A stretch of 64,000 bases of DNA, from contig CAIUDG010000136.1 in assembly GCA_903897925.1 (NCBI GenBank), positions 15,734 through 79,733 of the forward strand, given 5' to 3'. Shown here one piece after another: positions 27,106-35,981 of the stretch (its first letter is position 1; every line of letters begins with the position of its first letter). Source of the stretch: an uncultured beta proteobacterium (GTDB taxonomy: Bacteria; Pseudomonadota; Gammaproteobacteria; Burkholderiales; Burkholderiaceae_C). Under the pieces are notes generated by a model. The model searched no databases. It worked only from the letters and a program-made list of their open reading frames with translations, and was not told the origin of the DNA. The position numbers and the translations under genes were made by a program.

Positions 27106-30100
27106 ATGCTGCTACAGCGCTGGTTCACTTATAACGCGATCGCTGCGCTGACCGCTGCGGCGATTACGGTGCTATCCGGTTTTGTGGTCTGGAAAGAGCG
27201 CAGCGAAGGCTATGCCATGGCCGAAGTGTCGGTTGCCAATACCGCTGTGGTGCTGGCGGCCCAGGTGGAAAATTCGCTCGACCAGGCGAATGCCTTTCTG
27301 GCTTCTGTGGGGCTGCGTTATGCCGACGCTATGCAGCGCGGCGGCCCCGAACTGGACCGGCTGGCGCTGCAAATCCGCAACGAGGTGCCGCACTATCCGC
27401 TGGTCTTGCGTGTCGGAATTGTTGACCGTCTGGGCGCCAATTTTCTCAACACCAGCTTTCATGCGCCGGCTGTGCAACGCTTAGATCTATCTGACCGTGA
27501 CTATTTTCTGCGTGCCCGTGGCGGAGACAAAGGCTTGATCATTTCCGGGCCGCTGCAGAGCCGGCTCGACGGCGCGTGGACGCTGATTTTGGCGCGGCGT
27601 GTCGAGTCTGCCCAGGGCGAATTCCTCGGACTGGTATTCGCCGTGGTGCCGGTGCAGGCGATTGGCAAGTCGTTTGCGCGAGTCAAGTTGGGAAACTCCG
27701 GCATTGTCAATTTGCGCAGTGCAGATTTGGCCCAAGTGGTGCGCAGTCCTGAGCTCGGGGGCGTGAACAGCGACATTGGCAACCGCAATGTGTCGCAGGC
27801 AATTGTGCATCTGATGGCGACCCGGCCGGGGCAGGACCACTACGTTTACGAAACCGTGGCGCCTATCGACGGGATTGAGCGGGTGTATGCCTACCAGAAA
27901 TTTGACCATTCGCCGTTCTGGATGACGGTGGGGCGGGCCACCGCCGATTTTGATACGGCATGGCGGCAGACCGCGGCATTGCTGGCCTTGTTTTCTCTGG
28001 CGATGGCGCTGTTTCTGGGCTGGGGCGCACGGCGCCTGACGCGCCAGCACCAGGACCTGGACCGCCGCCTGCGCGAAAAGGCCGCAGCGGAGCGCGGACT
28101 GAAGGACAGCGAAGAGCGGCTCAATACCATCCTCGACAATGTCGAAGCCTTTATCTATCTGAAGGATGTCGAAGGGCGCTATTTATATGCCAACGCGGCA
28201 GTGCGCAAGCTCTGGCAGGTGGCGCTGGCAGATATTGTGGGCAACACGGATGAGAAGTTTTTTGACGCGGAAACCGCCGCCAATATTCAGCGCGTGGATC
28301 GGCGGGTGCTGGACGGTGGTGAGACGGTCCGCTCTGAAGATACAACGACGCTGCTGCATTCCGGCGCTACCGCCACCTATTTTTCGGTCAAACTGCCGCT
28401 GCGTGACGCGCACGGCCGCATCCACACCTTGTGCGGTATTTCCACCGACGTGACCGAGCAGCGCGCCGCTACGCTGGCCTTGCGCCGAACGCTGGACCGC
28501 CTGGACGAAGCGCAGCGGGTGGGTGGCCTGGGCAGCTATGAGCTGGATGCCGGTCACGGCGGCTGGACCAGTTCCGCCGAGCTGGATCGTATTTTTGGAA
28601 TTGACGCGCAATTTGTGCGTGATGTTCCGGGCTGGCTGTCGCTGGTGCACCCGCAGGAGCGGGAAATGATGCGCTGCTACCTGGAGCAGGAGGTGATTGG
28701 CGGTGGCCACCCCTTCAACAAGGAATACCGCGTCGTGCGCCACTGCGACGGCGCCACGCTGTGGGTCTATGGCCGGGGCCAGCTCGACTACGACGCCGAG
28801 GGTCGCCTGCTGCGCATGGTCGGCACGATCCAGGATATTTCCGAACGGCGCCAGGTGGCGCAGGAACTGGCCGCCAGTGAGGCCCGCTACAGAACCATTC
28901 TGGACAACGCCGCAGACGCCATATTGGTGCTTAGCCAGCAGGGACGCTATCTCTATGCCAACCAGCAGTCCAGCCGCCTGCTGGGCTATAGCGTGGAAGA
29001 GTTGTTGCAGATGTCGGTTGGTGATATCACGCCGGCGGAAGATGCACAGCATTCGCTAAATACGTTTGCGGCGCTGAAGGAGACGGGAAAGCTCAGTACC
29101 GAACTCAGTCTGAAGCGCAAGGACGGGCAATTGTTGCCGGTGGAAATCAATGCCATTTTGTTGCCCGATGGCAGCGCCTATGGTGCCTGCCGCGATATTA
29201 CCGAGCGCCGGCTCAATGCCGCCGAGCTGGACCAGTACCGGAATTATCTGGAGCAGTTGGTGGACCGGCGCACCGCCGACCTGCAGGCCGCCAATAGCAA
29301 GCTGTCGGACACCCAGTTTGCGATGGACAGCGTGGGCATTGGCATTCACTGGGCCGATGCCGACAGTGGGCGCTTTCTTTACGTCAACAAGACCGCCGCC
29401 GACATGCTCGGCTATTCGGTCGAAGAGATGCTGGAGCTGGCGGTGCCGGATATTGATCCGAAGTTTTCATCGGCATCGTTTCAAGCGCAGATGCTGCCGT
29501 TTCGCAGCCGGGGCTGGGCCCAGTTCGAGTCCTTTAACCGGAGCAAGGACGGGCGCATCGTTCCGGTGGAAGTGACGCTGTATTTTCTGCAGCAACGCCC
29601 GGGTGAGAGCACCCGCATCATCGCTTTTGTAACGGACATCAGCCGGCGCAAGGAGGCCGAATTGGCACTGGTGCAGGCCAAGGAACAGGCCGATAGCGCG
29701 AACCGCTCCAAGAGCGCGTTTTTGGCGAATATGAGCCACGAAATTCGCACGCCTATGGGTGCCATTCTGGGCATGGCGCATATTCTGCGGCGCGGCGCAG
29801 TGTCGGCGGCGCAGGCGGAGCAACTCGACATCATCGAAGCCGCTGGCAAGCATTTGCTGGGCATTTTGAACGACATTTTGGACTTGTCAAAAATCGACGC
29901 CGGAAAACTGCTGCTCGAGCAAAAGGACTTTGTTCTGTCAGAGCTGCTGCACTCGGTGCGTTCGGTGGTGGGCGAGGCGGCCCGCGCCAAAGGCATTGAG
30001 CTGCATCTGCAGCACGCGGGTATGCCGGAGCTGCTCAATGGCGATGCGATTCGGTTGTCGCAATTGCTGGTGAATTACGTCAGCAATGCGATCAAATTCA

Positions 30101-30840
30101 CCGACCACGGCCGCGTCACGCTGCAAGGACAGCTGGTAGAGGAAGGCGCCACCGACTATCTGCTGCGCTTTGTTGTCAGCGACACCGGCATCGGCATGTC
30201 GGCGGATCAGGTGCAGCGGATATTTTCCGAATTCGAGCAGGCCGATGCCTCCACCACCCGCAAATATGGCGGCACCGGATTGGGCCTGGCCATCAACCGC
30301 CGCATTGCCCACATGATGGGCGGCGACGTTGGCGTGGAAAGCCATTTGGGGCAAGGCAGCCGCTTCTGGTTGACGGTGCGTATTCGCAAGGGGCTGCACG
30401 CTGCGCCGGACGTGGCGGCGTTGGCGGAGCCGGCCGAGACCGTGCTGGCGCGGGACTATCGGGGCCAGCGCGTGCTGGTGGCGGAAGACGACGAGATCAA
30501 CCAGGCACTGGCCCGGCTGTTGTTGACCGATGTTGGCCTGGAACTGGATATTGCCGCCAATGGACTGATCGCATTACAGATGGTGCAGCAGAACGACTAT
30601 GCCTTGGTATTGATGGACATGCAGATGCCGGAGATGGACGGTCTGGAGGCCACGCAGGCAATTCGGAAACTGCCCGGGCGGCAAGCGCGGGTGCCTATTC
30701 TGGCCCTGACGGCGAACGCATTTGCGGAAGACCGGGAACGTTGCCTGAGCGCCGGCATGAACGACTTTGTGGCGAAACCGGTGGACCCCGAGGCCTTGTT
30801 TGAGATGCTGCTGAAATGGCTGAAGTACAGCCACCATTGA
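27106..30840 (+). CDS. Hybrid sensor histidine kinase/response regulator (double-Cache periplasmic domain, multiple PAS, HisKA, HATPase, REC)
   Basis: Two TM helices flank a roughly 270-aa periplasmic domain. There are four PAS-like modules. The H-box is [14 protein letters not shown] and the G-box is [13 protein letters not shown]. The REC domain shows [11 protein letters not shown] and [13 protein letters not shown]. The start is uncertain (27055-27106). Confidence 0.85.
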   Translation: MLLQRWFTYNAIAALTAAAITVLSGFVVWKERSEGYAMAEVSVANTAVVLAAQVENSLDQANAFLASVGLRYADAMQRGGPELDRLALQIRNEVPHYPLVLRVGIVDRLGANFLNTSFHAPAVQRLDLSDRDYFLRARGGDKGLIISGPLQSRLDGAWTLILARRVESAQGEFLGLVFAVVPVQAIGKSFARVKLGNSGIVNLRSADLAQVVRSPELGGVNSDIGNRNVSQAIVHLMATRPGQDHYVYETVAPIDGIERVYAYQKFDHSPFWMTVGRATADFDTAWRQTAALLALFSLAMALFLGWGARRLTRQHQDLDRRLREKAAAERGLKDSEERLNTILDNVEAFIYLKDVEGRYLYANAAVRKLWQVALADIVGNTDEKFFDAETAANIQRVDRRVLDGGETVRSEDTTTLLHSGATATYFSVKLPLRDAHGRIHTLCGISTDVTEQRAATLALRRTLDRLDEAQRVGGLGSYELDAGHGGWTSSAELDRIFGIDAQFVRDVPGWLSLVHPQEREMMRCYLEQEVIGGGHPFNKEYRVVRHCDGATLWVYGRGQLDYDAEGRLLRMVGTIQDISERRQVAQELAASEARYRTILDNAADAILVLSQQGRYLYANQQSSRLLGYSVEELLQMSVGDITPAEDAQHSLNTFAALKETGKLSTELSLKRKDGQLLPVEINAILLPDGSAYGACRDITERRLNAAELDQYRNYLEQLVDRRTADLQAANSKLSDTQFAMDSVGIGIHWADADSGRFLYVNKTAADMLGYSVEEMLELAVPDIDPKFSSASFQAQMLPFRSRGWAQFESFNRSKDGRIVPVEVTLYFLQQRPGESTRIIAFVTDISRRKEAELALVQAKEQADSANRSKSAFLANMSHEIRTPMGAILGMAHILRRGAVSAAQAEQLDIIEAAGKHLLGILNDILDLSKIDAGKLLLEQKDFVLSELLHSVRSVVGEAARAKGIELHLQHAGMPELLNGDAIRLSQLLVNYVSNAIKFTDHGRVTLQGQLVEEGATDYLLRFVVSDTGIGMSADQVQRIFSEFEQADASTTRKYGGTGLGLAINRRIAHMMGGDVGVESHLGQGSRFWLTVRIRKGLHAAPDVAALAEPAETVLARDYRGQRVLVAEDDEINQALARLLLTDVGLELDIAANGLIALQMVQQNDYALVLMDMQMPEMDGLEATQAIRKLPGRQARVPILALTANAFAEDRERCLSAGMNDFVAKPVDPEALFEMLLKWLKYSHH

Positions 30841-30929
30841 GCGCCTTGCCTGCGCAGGACAGGCTGCGCAGTGGCGTCGCAGCGGCCGGTCCGATGCCGC
30901 CTGACGCCAGGGAATAAGGAGTTTTTCAC

Positions 30930-33002
30930 ATGATCACACTCACGGTAAATGGCCGTACGGTTGCGTTGAACGAGGGGGCCTCCCTGCTGGAGGCGATCCA
31001 CCTGGCCGGGGTGCATGTGCCCACTTTGTGCCACCATCCGCGGCTGCCGGCGCAAGGCGTGTGTCGCATGTGCCTGGTCGAGGTGGCGGGTGAAGCCCGG
31101 CCGCAACCGGCCTGTGCCACCCCAGCCCAGGCGGGGGCGGTGATCAACACCGATTCGGAGGCGCTGCAGGCGTTTCGCAAGGTCAATGCGCAATGGTTGC
31201 TGGCGCGCCATCCGAATGCATGCATGCACTGCGAAGCCCAGAGTGCCTGCAGATTGCAAAGCCTGGTCGGCGAGAACCAGTGGGAAGACTGCTGGGAAAA
31301 AATCCCGCGCGGTGCGCCGGAACAGCCGCAGCACCTGCTGCTGGACCATACCTCGCCGAGCATCTGGCGCGATCTGGACAAGTGCGTCGAATGTGGTCTG
31401 TGTGTGGCTGCCTGCGGCGCGCCGGGCCAGCAGCAAAATATTATCGGCTTTGCCGAGCGCGGCTCGGATCGCTTGCTGGTGACGGTGTTTGACCAGTCGC
31501 TGGCGGACACCCCTTGCATCTCCTGCGGCCAATGCACGCTGGTGTGTCCCACCGGCGCCCTGATAGAAACGCCACACTGGCATGCGGTGCTGCATACCCT
31601 GGACGCGCACCGCCGTGTATCTGCGGTGCAGGTGGCGCCGGCGACGCGTATTGCGATCAGTGAAGAGTTTGGCATGAAGCCTGGCACTGTCAGCACCGGG
31701 CGCATGATCAATGCGCTGCGGCAACTCGGTTTTGACTATGTGTTTGATACCAATTTCGCGGCCGACCTGACCATCATGGAAGAAGGCACCGAGTTGCTGG
31801 CGCGGCTCGGTAAGCGGGAGCATTTGCCGCTCTTCACGTCCTGCTGTCCGGCTTGGGTGAACTGGGTCGAGATCCACCGGCCGGATTTGCTGGCGCACCT
31901 GAGCACCAGCAAATCACCGCAGCAAATGCATGGCGCCATCACCAAGCGCGGCGCCTTCGCGCGGGCGTTGGGGCCAGCGTTCGCCAGCGGTGAGGCCGAG
32001 CCCTATGTGGTCAGCGTTATGCCTTGTACCGCCAAAAAGGACGAGGCCGCGCGGCCGGGGATGGCGGGCGATGTGGACCATGTGCTGACCACGCGGGAGC
32101 TGGCAAAAATGATCCGCGCGCGCGGCATTGCCTTCAGTGCCTTGTCCGAAGACGCGGCGTTTGACCAGCCCCTGGGGGAAAGCACCGGTGCGGCGCAGAT
32201 ATTCGGCGCCTCCGGTGGAGTCATGGAAGCGATGGTGCGCACCGGCGCGCATTTGCTCGGCGCCGCCAGCGATTTTCCGCTGGAGTGGCAGCAACTGCGC
32301 GGCGTTGCCCAGGGCCTGAAGACGGCCGATATTCCGGGACTCGGCCGGGTGGCTATTTGCAATGGCATTGCCGCTGCGCAACGCTTGTTGCAGACCGAGG
32401 ACTGGCGCCAGGACTATGTGGCGATCGAGGTCATGGCCTGCGTTGGTGGTTGCCTGGGCGGTGGTGGCGAGCCGAAATCGATGGACCCGCAGATTCTGCA
32501 GCAGCGCATGCAGGCCATTTACGCGGTGGACCAGCAGGCCAGTCGCCGCTGCGCGCATGAAAACCAGGACGTGCAGAAGCTGTACGCCAATGAGTTGCAG
32601 GCGCCGAATTCGGCGCAGGCGCATGCCTTGCTGCACACCAGTTATGCGGCGCGCCATTCGGAGCGGCTGTTTTTGATGCGCTTTCTCGATGCCGTGGACC
32701 GCCGCGATGGCGCCGCCGCTGCGGCACTGTTTCTGCCCGATGCCTGCTGGTCCACGGCCTCGGTCTTCGGTACGGTCCAGGGGGCCGCGCAGATCGAGGC
32801 GCTGATCAATACGCGCCTGCCGCCGCGCAAGCAGGGGCCCGAATATGCGCGCCACCGGATGCTGCACGCCGCTGCGCTGGACGATCTTACGGTGCTGACT
32901 CCGCAGGGCGAACGCTGCCGCTTCCAGCTTGCGCTGGGGCGCTTGCCAGGTGCCGCCGGGCAGCCGCTGCGCATCCGTCGGCTGCAGCGCGAAGTGCTCT
33001 GA
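30930..33002 (+). CDS. [FeFe]-hydrogenase-like protein (M3-type F-cluster N-terminus + H-cluster domain) with an extra C-terminal domain
   Basis: AAGGAG lies 8 nt upstream of the start. The 2Fe-2S Cys pattern is CHHP...CRMCLVEV...C. The His-ligated cluster is HPNACMHCEAQSAC. Two 4Fe-4S motifs are CVECGLCVAAC and CISCGQCTLVCP. The H-cluster signatures are FTSCCPAW, MPCTAKKDE and EVMACVGGCLGGGGEP. A small-subunit-like segment (HENQDVQKLY...LLHTSY) follows, then a roughly 115-aa extension. Confidence 0.8.
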   Translation: MITLTVNGRTVALNEGASLLEAIHLAGVHVPTLCHHPRLPAQGVCRMCLVEVAGEARPQPACATPAQAGAVINTDSEALQAFRKVNAQWLLARHPNACMHCEAQSACRLQSLVGENQWEDCWEKIPRGAPEQPQHLLLDHTSPSIWRDLDKCVECGLCVAACGAPGQQQNIIGFAERGSDRLLVTVFDQSLADTPCISCGQCTLVCPTGALIETPHWHAVLHTLDAHRRVSAVQVAPATRIAISEEFGMKPGTVSTGRMINALRQLGFDYVFDTNFAADLTIMEEGTELLARLGKREHLPLFTSCCPAWVNWVEIHRPDLLAHLSTSKSPQQMHGAITKRGAFARALGPAFASGEAEPYVVSVMPCTAKKDEAARPGMAGDVDHVLTTRELAKMIRARGIAFSALSEDAAFDQPLGESTGAAQIFGASGGVMEAMVRTGAHLLGAASDFPLEWQQLRGVAQGLKTADIPGLGRVAICNGIAAAQRLLQTEDWRQDYVAIEVMACVGGCLGGGGEPKSMDPQILQQRMQAIYAVDQQASRRCAHENQDVQKLYANELQAPNSAQAHALLHTSYAARHSERLFLMRFLDAVDRRDGAAAAALFLPDACWSTASVFGTVQGAAQIEALINTRLPPRKQGPEYARHRMLHAAALDDLTVLTPQGERCRFQLALGRLPGAAGQPLRIRRLQREVL

Positions 33003-33210
33003 CCTGATAGCGGATGCCGCGCCCAGGCCCCCACTGGGCTGAAATATTTTCCGCCGATCATTTTTATTGATTTGGCGCAAAAATACACGTTACTGGATAC
33101 CCACTAGGTATCTACCTTGTTGTGATTCGGGCAAAGCCGGTATTAGAGTAGGCCGTAGAGGTCATCTGACCTGTTGTGCCAGTGAATTAGCAAAGAATGT
33201 GGGGTTCCCG

Positions 33211-35013
33211 ATGATCCGTTTAAGTTCACTAGGCGTCGCCAGGCGTCTTGGCCTGCTGATTGGCTGTGCTATTTTGGGTATCGTCCTGCTGGTGGGCTAT
33301 TCGGTGGTATCCGAGCGCCGCATGCTGATGGAAGAGCGGCAAAACGCGGTGCGCCAGACGGTGGAAACGGCGCACAGCCTGATTGCCCATTTTTATGAAC
33401 TCTCCAGCCAGGGCAAGATGCCGGAGGCCGACGCCAAGCTGGCGGCACTTGATGCGCTGAAAGGCCTGCGCTACAGCGAAACCGAGTATTTCTGGGTCAA
33501 TGACATGCACTCGGTGGTGATCATGCACCCGATCAATCCGGGTCTGGTGGGCAAAGACACCTCGGGCCTGAAAGATCCCAACGGGGTGGTGCTGTTTGCC
33601 GAGTTCGTCAAGACGGTGCAGGCCAGTGGTGCCGGATTCGTTTCCTATATGTGGCCCAAGCCCGGCAGCAAGGAGCCGGCACCCAAGGTCTCTTATGTCA
33701 AGGGCTTTCAACCCTGGGGCTGGATCGTTGGCTCGGGTGTCTATGTGGACACGGTGGACTCGGCCATTGTGCAGCGCGTGATCACGACGGTGATAGGCGC
33801 CCTGTTGCTGGCCGCCGCCTTGCTCGGTATTTCCCTGGTGATTGCGCGCAGCATTGTGCGACAGCTGGGCGGTGAACCGGCCGATGCCAATGCCCTAACG
33901 CACCGCATGGCCAAGGGCGACCTGTCGGTGGAAATTGTGCTGCGCCCGGGCGACGAGTCCAGCATCATGCACGGCATCAAGACCATGCGTGACAACGTCG
34001 CCCACATCGTTGCCAATGTGCGCGAAGGCTCCAACGGGGTGGCTGCGGCCAGCGCCGAAATTGCCCAGGGCAACCATGACCTGAGTGCGCGCACTGAGCA
34101 GCAGGCCAGTGCCCTGGAAGAAACCTCGGCGACGATGGAGGAGCTGAGTTCGCAGGTCAAACACAATGCCGACAATGCGCGCCAGGCCAACCAGCTGGCT
34201 TCGAACGCCTCGGTGGTGGCGGTCAAGGGCGGCGAAGTGGTGGGGCGCGTGGTCGAGACCATGAAAGACATCAACCACTCCTCCAAGAAGATTGCCGACA
34301 TCATTAGCGTGATTGACGGGATTGCTTTTCAAACGAACATTCTGGCGCTCAACGCTGCCGTGGAAGCCGCCCGCGCAGGCGAGCAGGGGCGGGGCTTTGC
34401 CGTGGTGGCCAGCGAAGTCCGCTCCCTGGCCAGCCGCAGCGCCGATGCGGCCAAGGAAATTAAGCAGCTGATCAATGCCAGCGTGGAGCGGGTCGAGCAG
34501 GGCACCGTGCTGGTCGACGAGGCCGGTACCACCATGACCGAAGTGGTCGGCTCGATTCGCCGCGTCAGCGACCTGGTGGGAGAAATCAGCGCCGCCAGCA
34601 ATGAGCAGGCGACCGGTGTAGCGCAGGTTGGCGAAGCGGTGACCACCATGGACCAGACGACCCAGCAAAATGCCGCACTGGTGGAGCAGATGGCCGCTGC
34701 CGCCAGCAGCCTCAAGTCTCAGGCCGAAAGCCTGGTGCAGATTGTGGCGGTGTTCAAGCTCGGCGCGAATGAAGGGGAGATTTCGGCCAGCCTGGCGCCT
34801 GTTGCTGCGCGGAACCTGGCATTCCAGGCCCCGGCACGGCGTACCTTCGCTCCGGTTGCGGCGGCGCCCAAGAGCATGCCCAGTCGCAAGTCTGCGCAGC
34901 TTGCCGCACCGGCCCATGCGCCGGCCAAGCCTGCAGCGGTGGCAAAGCCTGTTGCGATGGCCAAGGCGAAGGCGCCGGCCGCTTCTGCGGCAGATGACTG
35001 GGAGACCTTTTAA
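33211..35013 (+). CDS. Methyl-accepting chemotaxis protein with a single-Cache periplasmic sensor
   Basis: Start placed at MIRLSSLGV. Two TM helices flank a Cache_2-like domain (YFWVNDMHSVVIMHPINPGLVGKD). HAMP follows. The signalling hairpin is IAFQTNILALNAAVEAARAGEQGRGFAVVASEVRSLA. The C-terminal pentapeptide is DWETF. Confidence 0.9.
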   Translation: MIRLSSLGVARRLGLLIGCAILGIVLLVGYSVVSERRMLMEERQNAVRQTVETAHSLIAHFYELSSQGKMPEADAKLAALDALKGLRYSETEYFWVNDMHSVVIMHPINPGLVGKDTSGLKDPNGVVLFAEFVKTVQASGAGFVSYMWPKPGSKEPAPKVSYVKGFQPWGWIVGSGVYVDTVDSAIVQRVITTVIGALLLAAALLGISLVIARSIVRQLGGEPADANALTHRMAKGDLSVEIVLRPGDESSIMHGIKTMRDNVAHIVANVREGSNGVAAASAEIAQGNHDLSARTEQQASALEETSATMEELSSQVKHNADNARQANQLASNASVVAVKGGEVVGRVVETMKDINHSSKKIADIISVIDGIAFQTNILALNAAVEAARAGEQGRGFAVVASEVRSLASRSADAAKEIKQLINASVERVEQGTVLVDEAGTTMTEVVGSIRRVSDLVGEISAASNEQATGVAQVGEAVTTMDQTTQQNAALVEQMAAAASSLKSQAESLVQIVAVFKLGANEGEISASLAPVAARNLAFQAPARRTFAPVAAAPKSMPSRKSAQLAAPAHAPAKPAAVAKPVAMAKAKAPAASAADDWETF

Positions 35014-35042
35014 ACACGCCTTGCAGCGTAACGCCCAGGCGC

Positions 35043-35465
35043 TTATCTGGCGCGCAGGCCCTGTACCAGGGCGCCCAGCGCAATGCCCAGCAGCGCCCAC
35101 AGCAGGCTCCAGTTGCCGGCACCCAGGGCGGCAATCGCCGGGCCGGGACAGACGCCGCACAGGCCCCAGCCCAGGCCGAACAGGGCGGCGCCCACGGCGG
35201 TATCGCGGTTCCACACGCTGGGGTGCTGGTGAAAGTGGTCGTCCAGCAGCGGCCGTGCCATCAGGCGTGGCGCCAGTTGGTAGACCGCCGTCACGACCAG
35301 CACCGCTCCGCCCATGACCAGCAGCAGTCCGAAATCGGAGAAGCGCAGGAAGCTCAGCACCACTTCGGGTTGGATCATGGTGGACCAGGACAGGCCAAAG
35401 CCGAACAAGGCCCCGGCACCCAGGGTAGCGAGGGCGCGCCATGCGCCAGTGTGTGACTGGGTCAT
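35043..35465 (-). CDS. YeeE/YedE-family (sulfur-compound transport-like) membrane protein, second half-size subunit
   Basis: Start placed at MTQSH. The ATGA overlap with the upstream partner is at 35462-35465. The conserved Cys motif is GLGWGLCGVCPGPA. There are four hydrophobic helices. Confidence 0.7.
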   Translation of the reverse strand: MTQSHTGAWRALATLGAGALFGFGLSWSTMIQPEVVLSFLRFSDFGLLLVMGGAVLVVTAVYQLAPRLMARPLLDDHFHQHPSVWNRDTAVGAALFGLGWGLCGVCPGPAIAALGAGNWSLLWALLGIALGALVQGLRAR

Positions 35466-35935
35466 GGCAGCCACCGTGCCGCCAGATTGGCGCTCAGGAA
35501 GGCGGTGGCCATAAAGGTCAAGACCGCAAACAGCGAGGGCAGTTGCAGCGAGCCGAGTCCACAGATGCCATGGCCCGAGGTGCAACCGTTGCCCAGGCGC
35601 GCACCGTAGCCGACAAAAAAGCCGCCGATCAGCAATTGCCACCAGGGCAGCGCGCTGCTGGCGCCAGCGCCTGCAGCAAAGCCGCTGCGCCAGATCAGCG
35701 CACCGGCGATCAGACCGGCGGCATAGACCAGGCGCCAGCCGCGCGAGCTGACAAAGCGTGTTTGCTGGAAGAACGGGCGCCGGACCAAGAAGGACCAGCT
35801 GCTGGAAAACACGGTGCTCATGCCGCCGATGCGCCCGGTCAGCACGAACAGCAGGGCCGTGCCGGTGCCGATCAGCAGCCCGCCGGCCAGGTAATGCAGC
35901 CAGCCCAGCGGGAATAGAGAATGGACAAGTTCCAT
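35462..35935 (-). CDS. YeeE/YedE-family membrane protein, first half-size subunit
   Basis: 157 aa and polytopic. The conserved motif is GARLGNGCTSGHGICG. Confidence 0.75.
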   Translation of the reverse strand: MELVHSLFPLGWLHYLAGGLLIGTGTALLFVLTGRIGGMSTVFSSSWSFLVRRPFFQQTRFVSSRGWRLVYAAGLIAGALIWRSGFAAGAGASSALPWWQLLIGGFFVGYGARLGNGCTSGHGICGLGSLQLPSLFAVLTFMATAFLSANLAARWLP

Positions 35936-35981
35936 GGATATGCGGTAGAGGTGGGCTAAGCCCAGGATGCTATCAAACTTG

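Noticed and set aside
30597-35442. Long ORFs 30597-31898 (-), 31914-33080 (-) and 33895-35442 (-)
   Set aside because: They cross gene boundaries of well-supported plus-strand genes (hybrid kinase, hydrogenase, MCP). They encode Arg/Ala/Gly-rich sequences without motifs.
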